64,000 nucleotides of DNA, taken from assembly GCA_043228905.1 (NCBI GenBank), contig JBHGNT010000022.1, forward strand, positions 5,084,001-5,148,000, given 5' to 3'. The notes under the pieces are model-generated. The model made no database searches and was not told the origin of the DNA. It saw nothing but the letters and a program-made list of their open reading frames with translations. The stretch comes from Azolla caroliniana (Eukaryota > Plantae > Polypodiophyta). This document shows, piece after piece, positions 61,407 through 64,000 of the stretch. A program made the position numbers and the translations under genes. Positions within the stretch are counted from its first letter, which is position 1, and each line of letters begins with the position of its first letter.

Positions 61407-62391
61407 CATAGATTGACCCATGCGTGATATTCGTGGTATTCGACATCCGTAATATTCGAGAATGTAAAATGACCCCAAGAATATTATAGAACCATTTGTT
61501 TATTTATTTATTATTTTAAAAAACTAGTATTTTTACATCTATTATATTGTGAAATGCACATAAGAGATCAAAACCAGCCTAGTTAGCTTCTTACTTCTTA
61601 CTCAATTTATAGTTGATACAAAGGTACCCATTTGGGTTGGCTTAGCTAAAAAGAGTGTGCTAAAAGGGTGGGTCGGCTTAGGTACATGCATCCTAAAAAG
61701 GGTGTGTTAAAAGGGTGGCACAAAGGAACACATGCACACCACAATATAAAAATATTATTAGTGTGAGGTCCCCTTTTAATGTCAAGTGAGTAAAAGTGGT
61801 GAATTAATCAACCTTTTATTGATTATTTATTAAAAATAAAACAAATACTTTTTAAGTTTTTCATCTATTATAAAAATATTATTTGTGTGAGGTACCCTTT
61901 TTAATGTGAGATAAAAATATAAAAGTTTATGAGAACCTTTTATTTATTTACATATTTTTATTTATTTTTTGTTTTATTAAAAAAAAAACAAATACATTAA
62001 AGTTTTATATATCTATTATAAAAATATTATTACTGTGAGGTCCCCTTTTAATGATAGATAAAAATATCAATGTTTGTGGGAGAGTAAAAAACTTGGGAAT
62101 TAATGAACCTTTTACTTATTACTTATTATTTATTATTATTTTATTAAAAATAAAACAAATACTTTTAAGTTTCTATCTATTATATAAAAATATTATTTAG
62201 TGTAAGTCTCCTTTTTAATGTGAAGTTAAATATCCCCTTTTTATTGTGAAAGCCTATTTGTTATATTATATATCTAAGAAATTAAAAAGTATGAACTCTT
62301 TTTTTTTTCCGAATATTTTTTCATGCGTTGTTATACGTATTCGTATGCATTCGTTTGGTAACCCCCACGAATGCGAATATGTCAATCTATG
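61407..62391. mobile_element. hAT-type non-autonomous element with internal AT-rich repeats
   Basis: TIR CATAGATTGAC / GTCAATCTATG; 8-bp TSD gtggtggc/gtggtggt; internal tataaaaatattatt..tgtgaggt..cctttt repeats at about 61746, 61869, 62017 and 62183. Confidence 0.7.
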
Positions 62392-62539
62392 GTGGTGGTT
62401 TTGTAAAATACCACCAAGAGGAAGCATACAGCCTTCATAAGAAAGTAACTAGTAATAATAATATTATTATTATTTCGTATATTTATTATTATTTTCTTAT
62501 TATAATAATAAAAAAATTTCTAGAACTGTAAGTTCTCAT

Positions 62540-62960
62540 TTTTGTCTTGGGTTTCATCAACTAATCCTACTTGCTTGCAACAAATAATGTGCTTCGATTG
62601 TTGAAGAGGTTTAGTTAGAAAATTGCCTACATATGATGAGTGGGAGAAAACTTTATTTCTATCTTCTTCGTTTCAATGAGGTCATGAAGAAAGTGATGCT
62701 TCAAGTCCACATGACGTATGTTGTCATTCATCTTCGCATTGTTGGCCAACTTGATGCAAGATTGATTATGGCAAAACAAAGTCATTGTTGGAATAGTAAA
62801 TAGGTTAAATTCTTCGAGCATTGATTTAATCCAAATGCCACTTTTAGCCACTAGGTCTATGACTACATATTCGACTTCGGTGGATGATAATGCTACAGTA
62901 GTTTGTTTCTTTGACTTCCAAGAAATCACAATACTAGCTAGTGTGTAGAAACCTTCATGC
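62540..62960 (-). pseudogene. Ty1/copia RNase H fragment related to element A
   Basis: ISWKSKKQTTVALSSTEVEY...RHVDLKHHFL, close to ORF 58792-59538. Confidence 0.85.
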
Positions 62961-63084
62961 CCACAGTCTTGTACTTCGACCATCCTTTCTTCCTTGATAA
63001 ACAGTCCAAGCCTTTCATGGCGTTGTACATGCTAATTGAAACTGTGTCCAAGCCTTTCATGGCGTTGTACATTTCTTGGAAGAT

Positions 63085-63107
63085 GAGAGACTATGTGTGT
63101 GTGTGTA

Positions 63108-63161
<54 letters not shown>

Positions 63162-64000
63162 AAAGTGTATATGATATTAACAAGACAAAATACATTCAAC
63201 TGTTAACTAAGTTACAATGAGTTGGTTTATATACCAACTAAGCTAGGGCAAGCGCCCTTTTTGCTATTTACAAAACTAGCCTGGTATGTCCATAGTGTGA
63301 ACCTATTCCTATGGGAAGTTGAGTTCGATTCTCAACACGCCCCTTCGAACACAACTTCCATCTGTTCGGCGTACCCTCAAGCTTGGCAAGGTAGGCGACA
63401 TGAGACCAAGATCCGATGTGAATTGCCCGAGCTTGTCTACTCCTAAGGCCTTCGTAAATATATCAGCAACCTGAAGGTGAGTGTTGATATGTTGGAGATC
63501 GATTTCTCCGGTCTATATGCGCTCGCGGATGAAGTGGTAGTGTACTTCGATGTGTTTAGCCCGCGCGTGAAATACGGGGTTGCGCGCCAAGTAGACATTG
63601 CTCATGTTGTCGCAGTACAGGCCTTTGATGGGAATGCCCAGATCCTTCAGTACGCGCTTAAGCCATATGACTTCACATGCGGCGACTGCCGCGCCCCTGT
63701 ATTCAGCTTTCGTGCTCGATAGTGCGACTGTCGACTGTTTCTTGCTGCTCCAGGAGATCACTCTGCTGCCGAGGGAGAAGACGAATCCGAATGTGGATTG
63801 TCTATCTGCTTTGTATCCTGCCTAGTCCGCGTCTGTGTACCCTTCAAGTCGAATGGTCGTATTCGACTTATACAAGATGCCATAATCCATTGTTGTGCTA
63901 ACATACCATAGTATCCTCTTAGCGTAATCGAGGTGAAGGTTTCTTGGATTCTGCATGAATTGGCTAAGTAGGCCGACCAAATAACTGAGGTTGGGTCGCG
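63085..64000 (-). mobile_element. Ty1/copia 3' end (RT/RNase H plus 3' LTR ~63085-63338), continuing beyond the window
   Basis: SWSSKKQSTVALSS and KHIEVHYHFIRE; LTR start tgttgagaatc..actcaacttcccatag resembles the LTR at 21689. Confidence 0.85.

Overview
Eukaryotic, plant-type genomic DNA, probably from a non-seed plant such as a bryophyte (inferred from the retroelement families, not proven). It is mostly nested, decayed retroelements: many Ty1/copia pieces, Ty3/gypsy elements including two tRNA-Trp-primed gag-only non-autonomous ones, a non-coding LTR element with tRNA-Arg sites at both ends, a LINE, three hAT-type MITEs, tandem repeats, microsatellites and a 100-N gap. Only one intact host gene was found: a two-exon (42088-42546 + 42696-44099, ~620 aa) group II PLP-dependent decarboxylase of the histidine/serine decarboxylase family that looks unlike canonical plant serine decarboxylase. 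Its last 890 bp are directly duplicated 16 kb downstream as a pseudogene, exactly bracketing one copia element whose 5' LTR supplies the gene's present C-terminus and stop codon. Other signals: tRNA-type Pol III box A/B inside gypsy LTRs, a conserved hairpin before gypsy PPTs, and a possible P-like transposase remnant. All comparisons were made by eye.
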